A DNA stretch of 64,000 nucleotides, taken from contig NC_092379.1 of NCBI RefSeq assembly GCF_030028105.1, forward strand, positions 22,359,309 through 22,423,308. Direction: 5' to 3'. Origin of the DNA: Mobula birostris (taxonomy: Eukaryota). This document shows positions 51,501 to 64,000 of the stretch, in pieces. The position numbers were made by a program, and so were the translations under genes. The notes under the pieces were generated by a model. That model was not told the DNA's origin, did no database searches, and was given only the letters and a program-made list of their open reading frames with translations. The number at the start of each line of letters is the position of its first letter. Within the stretch, counting starts at the first letter, position 1.

Positions 51501-52399
51501 CCAGATGTAAGCATGGATATGTGCCATCCATCCTCTTCAGATAAAGATCACAAAGCGCTTTTTCATGTATGTCGCACTGCCATTGCAAATAATCCTTCCT
51601 TGCCTATCGGTCAATAAAGTCCATTCAAATAACTTCCTTTAGATACTAAAACACACCAAGTGCTTCAATGAAACATTACAGACAAAGCTGATGCCAAGCC
51701 TGAGGACAGGTGCCCACAAATGTGTTCAAAGAAACTTCATTCAATCACAGCAGCTGACCAACATTCTATGCCGATCGTGCAGTTTCCTTAAGGTCACAGC
51801 TTGCTGGGCCATTTCTGAGAACGGTTACAAGTGGTTTGGGAGTCACGTATAGGCCCAACTGGGAAGTTCAAGGCAGGTATCCTTCTCTCTAGGAGATGAG
51901 TGAAAGAGATGCTTTGAACAATGTAGTCGCCTCATTCTCGGTGTTATTGACTCTGAAATTATTGCAGAGTTGCTTTCACTGAATTTGAATTCTCATCTGA
52001 CTTCACAGTCACGTAGCGAGGACTTCCACCCATTTTTCCGAGGATGGTTGCCTGCTCTCTTCAATTTCCCGCTCCCCTCCAGGTTCTACAACTCATCTAC
52101 ATGCTGGCAACAATTAACTACAGCCAACTAATCTGCCAGCCTGTACTTCTGCGTGCTTTTTAGTCTGGTTGCAATCACAGGGGGAACGTGCGAACTCCAC
52201 ACACACACACACACACACCCCAACCACATGTGAGGCAGTATCTCTTTTAGCTGCACCACTGTGCTTTCTCAGCATTTGAACATGTCTTCAGACCAGTAGC
52301 TGGAGAAATACATGACCTTACCACATCTGGTGCTTTCAATGAGCAGCTTGAAAGAGGACAGATGGGATTTACTGCTGAGATTTAATGAGTAAGTTCTAG

Positions 52400-52810
52400 T
52401 GTTGATCCTCCCAAGAGGACCACAACCTTGTTGTTGGGTTTGGAGGCTTTTGCTTACTTCAGTGACCCAGAGAGCTATGTTGGCTGGAGTCAGGGCTTTA
52501 TGCTCTAGGGTCGCCCATGCTAAACAGGTCAAAGGGTAGAGGCCAGACTAAGACTGGTCCACTGGTCCTCCAGGTTTGGAGGGGTTCATCCCTAACCAAT
52601 AAAATAAAATTGTTGCAGAAACAGCAATGAAGAGTCCTTCTACATCTGAGTGTGACGGTATTCCAGAGTCTCCACCCGGGACTTACATGACTGACAGTAG
52701 TGAAAACCGAGAGAAAGCTACTGACATGATGAAGGAAGCCCTGAACACCCCCAGAGATGGAGGACCTTCATTGCTGCCCTAAACGCCAGCGGTGTAACGG
52801 ACAGTAAGTC
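52400..52810 (+). mobile_element. Probable RTE-type internally deleted element
   Basis: RTE-like 5' UTR (GACCCAGAGAGCTATG..) and 3' end (TGGAGGACCTTCATTGCTGCCCTA..AGTAAGT); family from recall only. Confidence 0.45.
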
Positions 52811-54989
52811 CAGTGTTAGTGACCAAAATTACAGAGGAGGCATGGTCACCAGTGAAAGGATTCCTTTTTCTTGAGGAACCAGAGCTGGAGATTGCAGCAT
52901 TTTCTGAATTCTTTTGTTAGTGAAAATTACAGAGATGGAGGGGGCATTATCACGGGAGAACTAGAAGTCAGCATCAGAATTTTAAATCTGGAGGAATCTC
53001 AGCTTCAATCCAAACAGAGAAGAGGGGCCATGTTGTTTAGGCAGGCCCAGTGTCAAAGATAAATCTAAAGGTCCTCATGGGCACCGAAACAAGGGGGACT
53101 CAGGAAATGTTTTCTTTGGTGAGAAAATAATCTTTCATTGCTTTCTTCCAAAACACCTGAAAAGTCAGTGCTTGGAGGAGCTGAACTCTGCTTTTCTTCA
53201 GTTAGGAATTGTCTGCTCACTATTGAAAGCTCGCTGGACGTCTGTGTACCATGTCAGATAGATGGCATGTCTGACGATGCAGTACTCCCTCAGTATTAGT
53301 ACATGTTGCCCTTTGCTCTGTTCTCAAGTCTCTGGAGAATATCTAGGTGAACATAACACAACCAGATGACATAGTACACTCTTTTATTTCAGAAGTAAAA
53401 GGGGAACTAAATAGCTGTCAGTGTAAGTCACTGTGAAGCTGCAAAAATCATATAAACCTAACTGTTTCACTGATGTTCTTTGGTGAAGGACACTGGCCTT
53501 CCTACCCTGTTTACCTGTATCCATCAGTCCCACGACAAACTCTTCACTGCTCTGTGATGGGCCTGCTGGAGCATGAGCAAGGAATGCCAGCCTCATCAGT
53601 GAGGGAATGGTGAAATAATGACTGCAGGATCAGTGTTTGCACACCAGTGTCTCGGATACATGAAGCAAGTCTATCTGTCAGCAGAACTAGAAGAACAAGA
53701 TAATGACCACCTCGTGTGAGCAGCTTCTCAGTGATTTAGAAGAGTTCAGGGTCACCTGCCAGATGGATGAAAGTGAAAGAGAGGGTGGGGGAAGACTGGG
53801 GGGGAGCTCAGGACGAATGGGGATAAAGGGATCTTCAGATAATTAGTTGTCCTGGGGCAGATTAAGAATGTAAGATTGAGTACAATCGTTTGTCAACATT
53901 GTAGAAGAAGTCCATCAGGATGTGTGGATATAGCTCGGTACAAGCCCATTAGCAACGGGGTGATGTATAACTATCTGGTGCCAAGCTGTCCAATACAGTT
54001 ACATTTCCTTTTGGATTGGACACACAGTAATAACTGCAGGCTATAATTATTTAAACGGTTATTACGCTTGTGAAAAGGGAATGTCACCATTACTCTACTC
54101 AGAGCACCGAATCTGTTACACGATTCATTATCTGAACATGGTTGTTTTCTGAAACATTCTGCAGGAGATCAAATGCACCATCAGTGTTGAAGTGACTGCT
54201 GCTGTCACACCAACTCTGATCCAGTTTAGAGTGTTGCATCTGTTTGATGGGTCAAACACACATACCTTTGTTGTTGGGTCAGGGAGGAGATACTATTGCC
54301 AGATCAGTGATTTACTCCACGCTTTCCTCTTAGCTACTTCTACCGTGCTCTGCAAAGATTTTCTGGAGATCAAGACCTGATCTGGCAGGTTGCTCAGATC
54401 TCTGCGGAAAGGGACTAGTGGGCTACCTTTCATGCAAGCTGCACCTCACTATGTCATTGCACACCGAATATCTGGAGGAGGATCTTAGCCAGCTTTTACG
54501 TGTGTGGATGAAAATGTCTGAGCTCCTTTGGAACATGGAGGAGTGCAACTGGGCATTCGTCAGTTGTCAAGCTCCGACAAGCCAGAGAGGTGCACAGTAC
54601 TCAGCCAGGAAGAGAACTGATGCTAAAGCAATGCCAGAGGACACTTGCGATGTCAACTCATATGTCAGCCATTTCTCACTCTGCAAATATTCTCTGATGT
54701 ACTGATCCTCTTCAGCAATTTCTCCTCTATTTAAAAAAATAAATATACTAAATATTATGTCTTTCCAGCTACCAAATAACACAATACTATTGAGTTAATA
54801 CTCACTTCTGTTCCCCAACCACCCTGTTATTTTAACCAATATACAGTACTGTTCCAAAGTCTTACGCACCCTAACTCTATATATGAACTTTCCTGATCAA
54901 CATGTTCATCAGCTGTTTAAAATATTCAAATCTAATAGACAGGGAAAGGTATTTTCATCAATTTATGAAATGATAGAAAGTGGAGATTT

Positions 54990-55690
54990 ACAGAAAGAAA
55001 GAGTAAAGTGCAGGCAGCGAAGAGCTGCGACCTGCAGCAAAGTGTTCAGTGCTGAAGCCATTCATAAGAGAGGAGAGAGAGCAGCGCGCCTGCGCGCGTG
55101 CTGCCCTCCAGTGAAAAATGATATCGTATCTGTTAAATAGGGGCCGTGGACAATTCTGATTTGGTGGAGAATGGACGTGAAAGCACAGAGGGACATCTGG
55201 AAAAACTTCTGAAACGCTCGTTCGCTGCTGTCGTTACTGCGCGGTCGGGGATCTTTCGGAGGGTAGGCCTCAAAATCCCCGGCTTTGCCTGCTGTTGGCG
55301 ACCGAGGTTGAGGGTGAATCGTTCGCACAGAGATGGCGCTCAGTACTCGGTGTCGGAGAGCTGATCAGAACTCGAAGTTTTCGGATGACTCAGAGTCGGA
55401 CTGTGGTCAGCATGGCAGGGAGAGTTTTTCTTCCTTCTCCCGTCTGCGTGAGATGTAGGACATTTGAGAGACTTTGTACTTTTACTCTGCTCGTGGACTT
55501 CTTCATCAAGTTATGGTATTGTTGCATTGTTGTAACTATTTGTTATAATTATGTGGTTTTGTCAGTTTTTTCAGTCTTGGTCTGTCCTGTGTTCTGTGAT
55601 ATCACACCAGAGGAAATACTGTATCATTTCTTAATGCATGCATTACTAAATGACAATAAAAGAGGACTATGTGTCTTCATAATCTAAATA
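54990..55690 (+). mobile_element. CpG-rich unclassified interspersed repeat with LINE-like tail
   Basis: Local CpG excess; ends ATGACAATAAAAGAGG..CATAATCTAAAT; no convincing ORF. Confidence 0.35.
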
Positions 55691-55914
55691 ATGTATTAAT
55701 GGTTTAAATGTCAGGTGGAAAGCAATGTTCCCAAGTTTGACACTCACACAAGGGAAGAGGAGCTATGAGCAGTAGAAACCTTTAACTGCAGAAATAACAA
55801 TAGATTTAATCAATGGGGAAATCTGCGGCCAAATATAATCAGCTCAATGATGTAGAACTGAAAAAGGAACAAAGAAGGTGTTTCTAAATGGTGAATAGAA
55901 GGGCAGAGTAAATC

Positions 55915-56125
55915 TCAAACAAGAGAAACTCTGCAGAAGCTGGAAATCAAAGTAATGCACACAGAATGCTGGAGGAACTCAGCCGGCCAGGCAGCATCTA
56001 TGGAAAAGAGTAAACAGTCTATGTTTCAGGCTGAGACCCTTCATCAGTCCTGAAGAAGGGGTCGACAGTTTACTATCTTCCATAGGTGCTGCCCAGCCTG
56101 CTGAGTTCCTCCAGCATTTTGTAGG
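55915..56125. repeat. Fold-back repeat related to Penelope termini
   Basis: AATGCTGGAGGAACTCAGC..GCTGAGTTCCTCCAGCATT inverted pair. Confidence 0.6.
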
Positions 56126-56627
56126 GTGAAGGAAATGCTCAGAAAGACCGAGGGCTCGGTTTACAGAGAAGGTTAACCCAGCTGTGGAGAGGTAGAGACG
56201 ATAATCAAACAGGGTAGGGCAGCAAGAGGATCGAGGTTGCTAAGGGGGACCGACAGAGTAGATTCGGAGAATTTTTGTTAGTTGTTTAGGGCAGGCTGCA
56301 TGGATAAAAATTAGATACAGACATTCCACTTGGAAGAAGTTCATGGAAGTTTGGAAGTGAGTTCCACAGGCTGTGATCAGTGCCAGGTCTGAAGATCAAT
56401 TTAAACATGAGCTTGAATGGTTTGGATAATCCCAGGGGATTAATGAGTCTGGGGAAAAGTCAGGTCAATGCCTTTTTTCATAAATAGTCTGTAATCTCAT
56501 GTATGCTGGAAGTGCCCCAGGCCTCCTGTATTCCTGTCCTCCTGTTGCCTTCACATGATTGGGCTGTTGTTGATCTTCAGGTAACATCAACAAGAAACTA
56601 ACTGTCTCACTTTCTCAATTGTTTCAG

Positions 56628-56764
56628 AAACCTGCACAGACTTCACAGGAGAGGATGGGAAGGAAGAACACTTGGATGGAGATGTCACTGTTCTTAACGA
56701 AGTTGTCTTTGCCTTTCTGTTCATCATCAGTTTCCTCTACAGCACCTTCGTCACCGTTGTCAAG
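56628..56764 (+). CDS. IgW: Ig heavy-chain transmembrane exon TM1
   Basis: (E)TCTDFTGEDGKEEHLDGDVTVLNEVVFAFLFIISFLYSTFVTVVK: acidic spacer plus conserved antigen-receptor TM motif LF..S..YST.VT..K; acceptor gtttcag| phase 1, donor AAG|GTAACT phase 0. Confidence 0.9.
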
Positions 56765-57003
56765 GTAACTAATTGACTAACAGAGACATTCCATGAAGTC
56801 CAAACTTTTACTTTCTATTTCTCACTACATTGCATTCTCTAGTACTTTAGATGCACCCTCGGAAAACAAGGGGAGAGCTCTTATCCATTGGGTTCCTTCT
56901 CCTAGAATGAAGACAGACCGTCTGTTATTTAGTTCACCTGTCCTCACAGGTCTGTGCTGCACCTTGTCACACACAATATCATACTCTCCTGTCTATATTT
57001 CAG

Positions 57004-57015
57004 GTTCAGCAGTGA
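57004..57015 (+). CDS. IgW: TM2 cytoplasmic exon (VQQ*)
   Basis: Pyrimidine-rich acceptor ctctcctgtctatatttcag|GTT CAG CAG TGA, phase 0, 239-bp intron. Confidence 0.75.
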   Translation, partial: VQQ

Positions 57016-57140
57016 CCAGCAGACACACGCCCCACATTCAGTCAAGAGATCCCCGTGTGGCTGCGATGTTTGGAAATGGAGTCTCCATCTCACTCACTCG
57101 GCAATCCGAGGCTACTGCACTGCAACTGCTCATTTCAGGA

Positions 57141-57146
57141 AATAAA
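57141..57146 (+). terminator. Probable membrane-form polyadenylation signal
   Basis: AATAAA 125 nt after the TM2 stop. Confidence 0.6.
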
Positions 57147-58337
57147 CCTCAAAATGCACCGGGGATGCTGGAGGGGTGGGGAATGGGGGAGCAGAGACAG
57201 GTAGGAGAGACAGAGGGATAGATGTGGTCATCACAATGGGAAAATGTTTGGATATTAGTCACTGAAGGTGGAGGATACAGGAGGGGCTGAGGAAGGCAGG
57301 TGTAGGGAATACTGGCAATGAAGGGGAAGATGGGCATGGGGAGAGTGGTGATCTGGGAGGGGAGGAGTATGAAGAATGCAGGGAGTAATGAAGTGACATG
57401 GAGGTGGGCATTCTGGTTCTTGGGAGCTTCTGTATCACATCTTGTAAATCAGATGTTGTTGACATCATTGTCCATATCTTAGTTTCAGTTTTCTACTGGA
57501 GTGTACATTTTGGCTTGAAACTAAGTGGAAAAAATAACAAAATTTAAAGAACGATAAATAACTGGAGTTGTAGGTCAGCCATTCAGCCCACCTTAGTTCC
57601 CTCATCACTGCAGTGACTTCCCCTGCCTCCAAGTACAAGTGGGTAATGCATCCCGGGATAAATATCGGAGAGAATTCCAGCCCATAATATATGAGTATAG
57701 CCCCACACATACTGCTCATGCTCATGAGGGATTTCCCACAGTGGGAATACTGGGGTGCTGCACCCCAAGAAAGATATTCAGGAAAACGCAGAGGCTCATT
57801 GGAAGAGTTTCTGAGAACCCTGTTACACATCCCAGAGCCAGATATAGGTGTAAAATTTCATAATAAGTGCCTGAGATACTGCCCACAATTTTTTTATTGC
57901 ATCTGTACGTGTGCATGTGACAATAAGCTCAAACTGACTCTCAATCCCTTATATAAAGGTATTACCCTACTCTCCATCCTCCTCACCCCTTCGGGAGGTG
58001 GGGAAAAGAACATTTCTTCCTGCCTCAATGTCTCAGCTAAAAGACAATGTCTCTGCTCTTCAGCACTACAACAAAGAATAGGTCTGAAGTCAGCCCACAC
58101 TGGACACTTGAGAAGCTTGAACCAGGAAGCTCAACAAAGAGGCAAACTGGAGGCTGAGATTGTAAACAGGCTTCAATAAAGGCTGTGCAGAGAGGTGGGA
58201 TCAAAGGTTTCAGAAGGAGTTGAAACTGATGAGTTTAGTATTTCCAATTGTTATCCTAAGATCATTTTGTGCACCCTGTCAGAAAAGCAGCATCCAAAAC
58301 CAGTGGCGGTAGACGAGATCATACTGAGGTAACACAG

Positions 58338-60150
58338 CCACAAACACGAGGAATTCTGCAGACGCTGGAAATTCAAGCAACACACATCAAAGTTGCTGGT
58401 GAACGCAGCAGGCCAGGCAGCATCTCTAGGAAGAGGTACAGTCGACGTTTTGGGCTGAGACCCTTCGTCAGGACTAACTCAAGCAAGAGTTAGTAAGAGA
58501 TTTGAAAGTGGGAGAGGGAGGGGGAGATCCAAAATGATAGGAGAAGACAGGAAGAAGAGGGATGGAGCCAAATGCTGGACAGTTGATTGGCAAAAGGGAT
58601 ATGAGAGGATCATGGGACAGGAGCCCCAGGGAACAATCTATATTCCAAACCTATTCTGGTATCTGTCCCCTACTTTTCCTTCGCTACATCAACAACTGCA
58701 TTGCTGCTTCCTGCACGCATGCTGAGCTCGTTGACTTCATTAACTTTGCCTCCAACTTTCACCCTGCCTTTAAATTTACCTGGTCCATTTCCAACACCTC
58801 CCTCCCTTTCTAGATCTTTCTGTCTCTATCTCTGGAGACAGCTTATCTACTGATGTCCACTATAAGCCTACTGACTCTCACTGCTATCTGGACTATTCCT
58901 CTTCTCACCCTGTCTCTTGCAAAAATGCCATCCCCTTCTTGCAATTCCTCCGTTTCCGCCACATCTGCTCTCAGGATGAGGCTTTTCATTCCAGGACGAG
59001 GGAGATGTCCTCCTTTTTTAAAGAAAGGGGCTTCCCTTCCTCCACCATCAACTCTGCTCTCAAACACATCTCCCTCATTTCACACACATCTGCTCTCACT
59101 CCATCCTCCCGCCACACAATTAGGAATAGGGATCCCCTGGTCCTCACCTACCACCCCACCAGCCTCCAGGTCCAACATATTATTCTCCGTAACTTCCACC
59201 ACCTCTAACGGGATCCCACCACTAAGCACATCTTTCCCACCTCCCCGCCCCCCCCCGCTTTCCGCAGGGATCACTCCCTACACGACTCCCTTGTCCATTC
59301 GTCCCCCCCATCCCTCCCCACTGATCTCCCTCCTGGCACTTATCCTTGTAAGTGGAACAAGTGCTACACATGCCCTTACACTTCCTCCCTTACCACCATT
59401 CAGGGCCCCAGACAGTTCTTTCAGGTGAGGCAACACTTTACCTGTGAGTTGGCTGGGGTGATATACTGTGTCCGGTGCTCCCGATGTGGCCTTCTATATA
59501 TTAGCGAGACCCGACGCAGACTGGGAGATCGTTTTGCTGAAAAACCTACGCTCTGTCCACCAGAGAAAGCAGGATCTCCCAGTGGCCACACATTTTAATT
59601 CCACATCCCATTCCCATTCTGATATGTCTACCTACAGCCTCCTCTACGGTAAAGATGAAGCCACACTCAGGTTGGAGGAACAACACCTTATATTCCATCT
59701 GGGTAGCCTCCAACCTGATGGCATGAATATTGACTTCTCAAGCTTCCGCTAATGCTCCACCTCCCCCTCGTACCCCATCCGTTATTTATTTATATACATG
59801 CATTCTTTCTTTCTCTCTCCTTTTTCTCCCTCTGTCCTTCTGTCTATACCCCTTGCCCATCCTCTCGGTTTTCCCCCCCTCCCCCCTTTCCTTCTCCCTG
59901 GGCCTCCTGTCTCACAATCCTCTCATATCCCTTTTGCCAATCACCTGTCCAGCTCTTGGCTCCATCTCTCCCCCTCCTGTCTTCTCCTATCATTTCGGAT
60001 CTCCCCCTCCCCCTCCCACTTTCAAATCTCTTACTAGCTCTTCCTTTAGTTAGTCCTGTCGAAGGGTCTCGGCCCAAAACGTCGACTGTACCTCTTCCTA
60101 GAGATGCTGCCTGTCCTGCTGCGTTCACCAGCAACTTTGATGTGGGTTGC
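58338..60150 (+). mobile_element. 5'-truncated Penelope-like element (RT C-terminus + GIY-YIG) with inverted terminal copy
   Basis: FLDLSV, YKPTDSH.YLDYSSSHP, GVIYC..C..CGLLYISETRR motifs; ~58375-58627 is the reverse complement of ~59890-60150; 14-bp direct repeat CTGAGGTAACACAG (58324-58337, 60151-60164). Confidence 0.9.
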
Positions 60151-60179
60151 CTGAGGTAACACAGAGCTGGATGTTGACC

Positions 60180-60820
60180 AAAGTTCAAAGTAAATTTATT
60201 ATCAAAGTACATATATGTCTCCATATACAACCCTGAGATTCATTTTCTTGTGAGCATACAGAATAATAACCATGATAGAATCAATGAAAGACTGCACCAA
60301 CGAGTGTGCAAAAGACAACAAATTGTGCAAATACTAAAATAAAGGAATAATAATAATAATAGTAAAAAATAAGTAAGTGATAAATATTGAGAATGTAAGA
60401 TGAAGAGTCCTTGAAAGGGAGTCCATCGAGTGTGGGAACATTTCAATGATGGGGCAAGTGAGGTTGAGTGAAGTTATCCCCTTTGGTTCAAGAGCCTGGT
60501 GGTTGAGAGACAATAAGTGCTCTTGAACCTGGTGGTGTGAGTCCAGAGGCTCCTGTACCTTCTTCCTGATGGCAGCAGTGAGAGAAGAGCTTGTCCTGGT
60601 TGGTGGAAGTCCCTAAAGTTGGAGGCTGATTTCCTGTGATAATGTTTCATGTAGGTGTGCTCAGTTGTGGGGAGGACTTTACCAGTGATGGACTGGGCCT
60701 TATCCACTATTTTAAGGAATTTTACGTTCCAGGGCATGAGTGTTTCCATACTAGACTGTGATGTAGCCTGCCTACGTACTCTCCTCCACACATCTATGGA
60801 TTTGTCACAGTTTTAGACCC
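60180..60820 (-). mobile_element. Rex1/Babar-like LINE 3' fragment
   Basis: Minus ORF 60474-60791: HQPGQALLSLLPSGRRYRSL..TTRFK. Confidence 0.6.
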
Positions 60821-61639
60821 TGTACGAAGACAAGAGGTTCTGCAGATGCTAGAACATGGAAAAAGAGATGGAACCCTGGAAGATGTCAGCAGGTCAATCA
60901 GCATCTGCGGAGGCTCGGGATGTGATTCGGTCAAGACTTTTCATCGAGACCGAGTGAAGAGCAAAGATTGTCAGTGTCCTGCAGTACAAGGGGATAATGG
61001 TGGTGGGGCGAAGGTTGGAATGTGCTGGATGGATGCAGATGGGGCGGGGATGATGGGCAAACGGAATCAGGTGGGGGGGAGAAGGTGAACAAAGGGAAAA
61101 AGAAACTGGTGAACAGGTAGTGAGCATGGGTGGAGAACACTCAGGGGTGTAAGTTACCTGAAACTGGACAATTCAGTGCTCACACTATTAGCTATCCAGA
61201 TGGAATTTGAGATGTACTAGCAACCTTTCCTCTTCCCTCTCAGTCGTGATGCAGGGTTTTGACCCAAAATTCTGACTTACATGTTTTGCTTCCATGGATG
61301 CTGATTGACATACTGAGTTCATACAGCACTCTGCTTGTTGCCAGCCATGGTACTTGTTCTAAGATGCTGTAAACAGGAGAGAACATCATGAGTAAATATG
61401 CCATTGCAGGAAAGTACACCAGGAGAAGACACGTGGACAGAATCAAAGAAAGAACTGAACAGATAAACAGATTTTGGGGTAATGCACACCGACAGAGAAT
61501 AAGCTTCAAGACCTTGGCCTCAGTATTTCCTTGTGCAACCGGGTTCTCTATTTCCTCACTTGTAGATCTCGGGCAGTTCAGATTGGCAATGACCTGCCAA
61601 GCTCAGGATAGGACGGATGGTAAAAAAGCAAAGTTAGCA

Positions 61640-64000
61640 TGAAGTTAGACTATCAGGAAGGGTGGGCAGACGATAGGACAAAATTGCAGCCAGCAGGGTT
61701 AGTATCAGTGTATTCAGGATGCAGAATCAAAATGGGTACCAAATACAATACTCAAAGTGATATATCTCAATGCACGGAGTGTAAGAAATAGGGTGGATGA
61801 TCTTGTTGTACTTTTACAGATTGTCAGGTATGACGTTGTGGCCATCACTGAATCGTGGCTGAAGGTTAGTTGTAGTTGGGAGCTGAATGTCCAAGGTTAC
61901 ACATTGTATCAAAGGCACGAGAAGGTAGGCAGAGGGGGTGGTGTGGCTCTGCTGGTAAAAAATGACAACAAATCAGTAGAAAGATATGACATAGGATTGG
62001 AGGATGTTGAATCCTTGTGGGTTTAGTTCAGACCCAGATGTCAGTTGCAAACAGTAGATGGGAGGTGGACCACAGATTACAACAGGAAATAGAAAAGACA
62101 TGTTAAAAGGGCAGTGTTATGATAATCATGAGAGATTTCAACATGCAGGTCAATTGGTAAAATCAGATTGGTAGATCTCAAGAGAATGAGTTTGTTGAAT
62201 GCCTACAAGATGGCTTTTAAGAGCAGTTTGTCATTGAGCCTACTAGGGGATCGGCTGTACAGGACTATAATGACTTTTATTATATAATGACCCAGAGGTG
62301 ATTACAGGGCTTAAGGTAAAAGAACCCTTAGGAGACAGTGATCACAGCATGATTGAGTTCAACTTGAAATTTTATAGGGAGAAAGTAAAGTCTGACATAG
62401 TAGTATTTTGGTGGAGTAAAGGAAATGACAGTGGTATGAGAAAGGTATTGGCCAAAGTAAATTGGAAGGAGATGCTGGCAGGGATGACAACAGATCAGCA
62501 ATGATAGGAGTTTCTGGGAAAATAAGGAAGATGCAACAATAGTACAACTGTGGCTGATAAGGGAAGTCAAAGCTAATGTAAGAGCAATAGAGAGGGCATA
62601 CAGCAAAGCAAAAATTAGCAGGAAAATAAAGGATTGGAACACTTGAAAAAACTTACAGAGAGAAACTGAAGGAATCATTAAAAGGGGAAAGATGAAGAAA
62701 GCAAGCTAGCAAACAATATCAAAGTGGATAGTAAAAGTTTTTTCAAGTATGTCAAAAGTAAAAGAAAAATGAGAGTGGATATACGACCGTTAGAAAATGA
62801 GGCCGGAAAAATAATAATGTGAAACAAGGAGATGGCAGATGAACTAAATGAGTATTTTGTATCAGTCTTCACTGTGGAAGATGCTGGCAGTGTGCCAGAT
62901 GCTGAACGGTGTGAGGGAAGGGAAGTGAGTGGATTTACTATTACGAGGGAGAAGGTGCTCAAAAAGCTGAAAGACCTAGGGGTACATAAGTCACCCAGAC
63001 TAGATGAACTGCACTCTACGGTTCTGAAAGAGGTAGCATTAGAGACTGTGGAGAGATTGGTAATTATCTCCAGAGGACTGGAAAATTGCAAATGTTGCTC
63101 CTCTCTATAGGAAAGAAGGAAGGCAGCAGAAAGGAAATTATAGACCAGTTAGCTTGACATCAGTGGTTGGGAAGATGTTGGAGTCAATTGTTGGGGATGA
63201 GGTTATGGAGTACCTGGTGACACAGGACAAGGTGGGACAAAGTCATGATGGTTTTCTCAAGGGAAAATCTTGCCTGACAAACCTGTTCAAATTCTTTGAG
63301 CAGATTGCAAGTAGGATAGATAAAAGGGATGCAGCGGATGTTGTATATTTGGACTTTCAGAAGGCCTTTGACAAAGTGCCACACACGAGGCTGCTTACCA
63401 AGTTAGGAGCCCATAGTATTACAGGAAAGTTGCTGGCTTGGTTAGAGCTGGTTGGTAGGAGACAGTGAGTGGGAATAAAGGATCCGTTTCTGGTTGGCGG
63501 CTGGTGACGAGTGGTGTTCCACAGGGGCTGCATTGGCACCACTTCTTTTTATGCTGTATATCAATGATTCAGATGATGAAATAGATGGCTTTGTTGCCAA
63601 CTTTGCAGATGGTACAAAGATTTGTGAAGGGGCAGTTAGTTTTGAGGAAACAGGTAGCCCAAGAAGGACTTAGACAGATTAGGAGAATGGGCAAGAAAGT
63701 GGCACATGAAATACAATGCTGGAAATTGCATGGTCATGCACTTTGGTAGTAGAAGTAAATGTGCAGACTATTTTCTAAAAAGGGAAAAAATTCAAAAAAA
63801 CTGAGACACAAAGGGACGTAAATCCTTGCGCAGAACACGCTAAAGGTTAACTTGCAGGTTGAGTTGGTGATTACGAAGGCAAATGCAGTGTTAACATTCA
63901 TTTCAAGAGGTCTGGAATACAAAGGTAGGGATGTGATGCTGAGGCTTTACAAGGCTCTGGTGAAGCTTCACCTTGAGTATAGTGAACAGTTTTGGGCTTC
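61640..64000 (+). mobile_element. Degenerate CR1-like LINE ORF2 (APE endonuclease + RT), runs off the window
   Basis: IYLNARSVRN, DVVAITESWL, RGGGVALLVK; GNYRPVSLTSVVGK, YLDFQKAFDKVPH, with stops and frameshifts. Confidence 0.85.

Noticed and set aside
54567-54782. Minus-strand ORF with a hydrophobic end as a second TM exon
   Set aside because: Wrong strand, and AEYCAPLW is a LINE RT C-terminal motif.
39500-56600. Additional Ig constant exons or a switch region before TM1
   Set aside because: No Cys-Trp-Cys Ig pattern with splice sites and no dense AGCT/GGGGT repeat array seen; the content is repeat debris. Very decayed exons could be missed by eye.
1258-57015. IgNAR or IgM rather than IgW
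   Set aside because: CH3/CH4 resemble IgNAR C2/C3, but these are shared with IgW. The preceding exon looks like IgW CH2 rather than IgNAR C1, and the TM/VQQ tail differs from the IgM TTASTF..KVK type. Based on recall; BLAST would settle it.

Overview
Cartilaginous-fish (probably ray/skate) genomic DNA containing the constant-region half of an immunoglobulin heavy-chain gene, most consistent with IgW (IgD/W family), on the + strand and embedded in dense retroelement debris (CR1 and Rex1/Babar LINEs, two Gypsy LTR elements, Penelope-like elements, SINEs). Exon order: CH2 (~1258-1554), three near-identical CH3-CH4 pairs (3369-4079, 19352-20062, 30825-31535) in ~11.4-11.5 kb tandem units, a 3.6 kb inversion ending in the 3' half of a fourth CH4 (38322-38487), a frameshifted remnant of the terminal CH6/secretory exon (39095-39215, AATAAA 39422), and intact TM1/TM2 exons (56628-56764, 57004-57015). 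V(D)J and CH1 would lie upstream of the window. Most notable: in all three intact CH4 copies a CR1 LINE is fused at the splice donor. It weakens the donor, supplies an in-phase GC donor 24 nt downstream, and gives a 21-aa CxxC read-through tail, while the canonical secretory exon looks dead. Also notable: a Gypsy element whose primer-binding site is complementary to its own LTR. Exon boundaries, isotype, family assignments and divergence counts are by eye and from recalled family features; no search or alignment was run.
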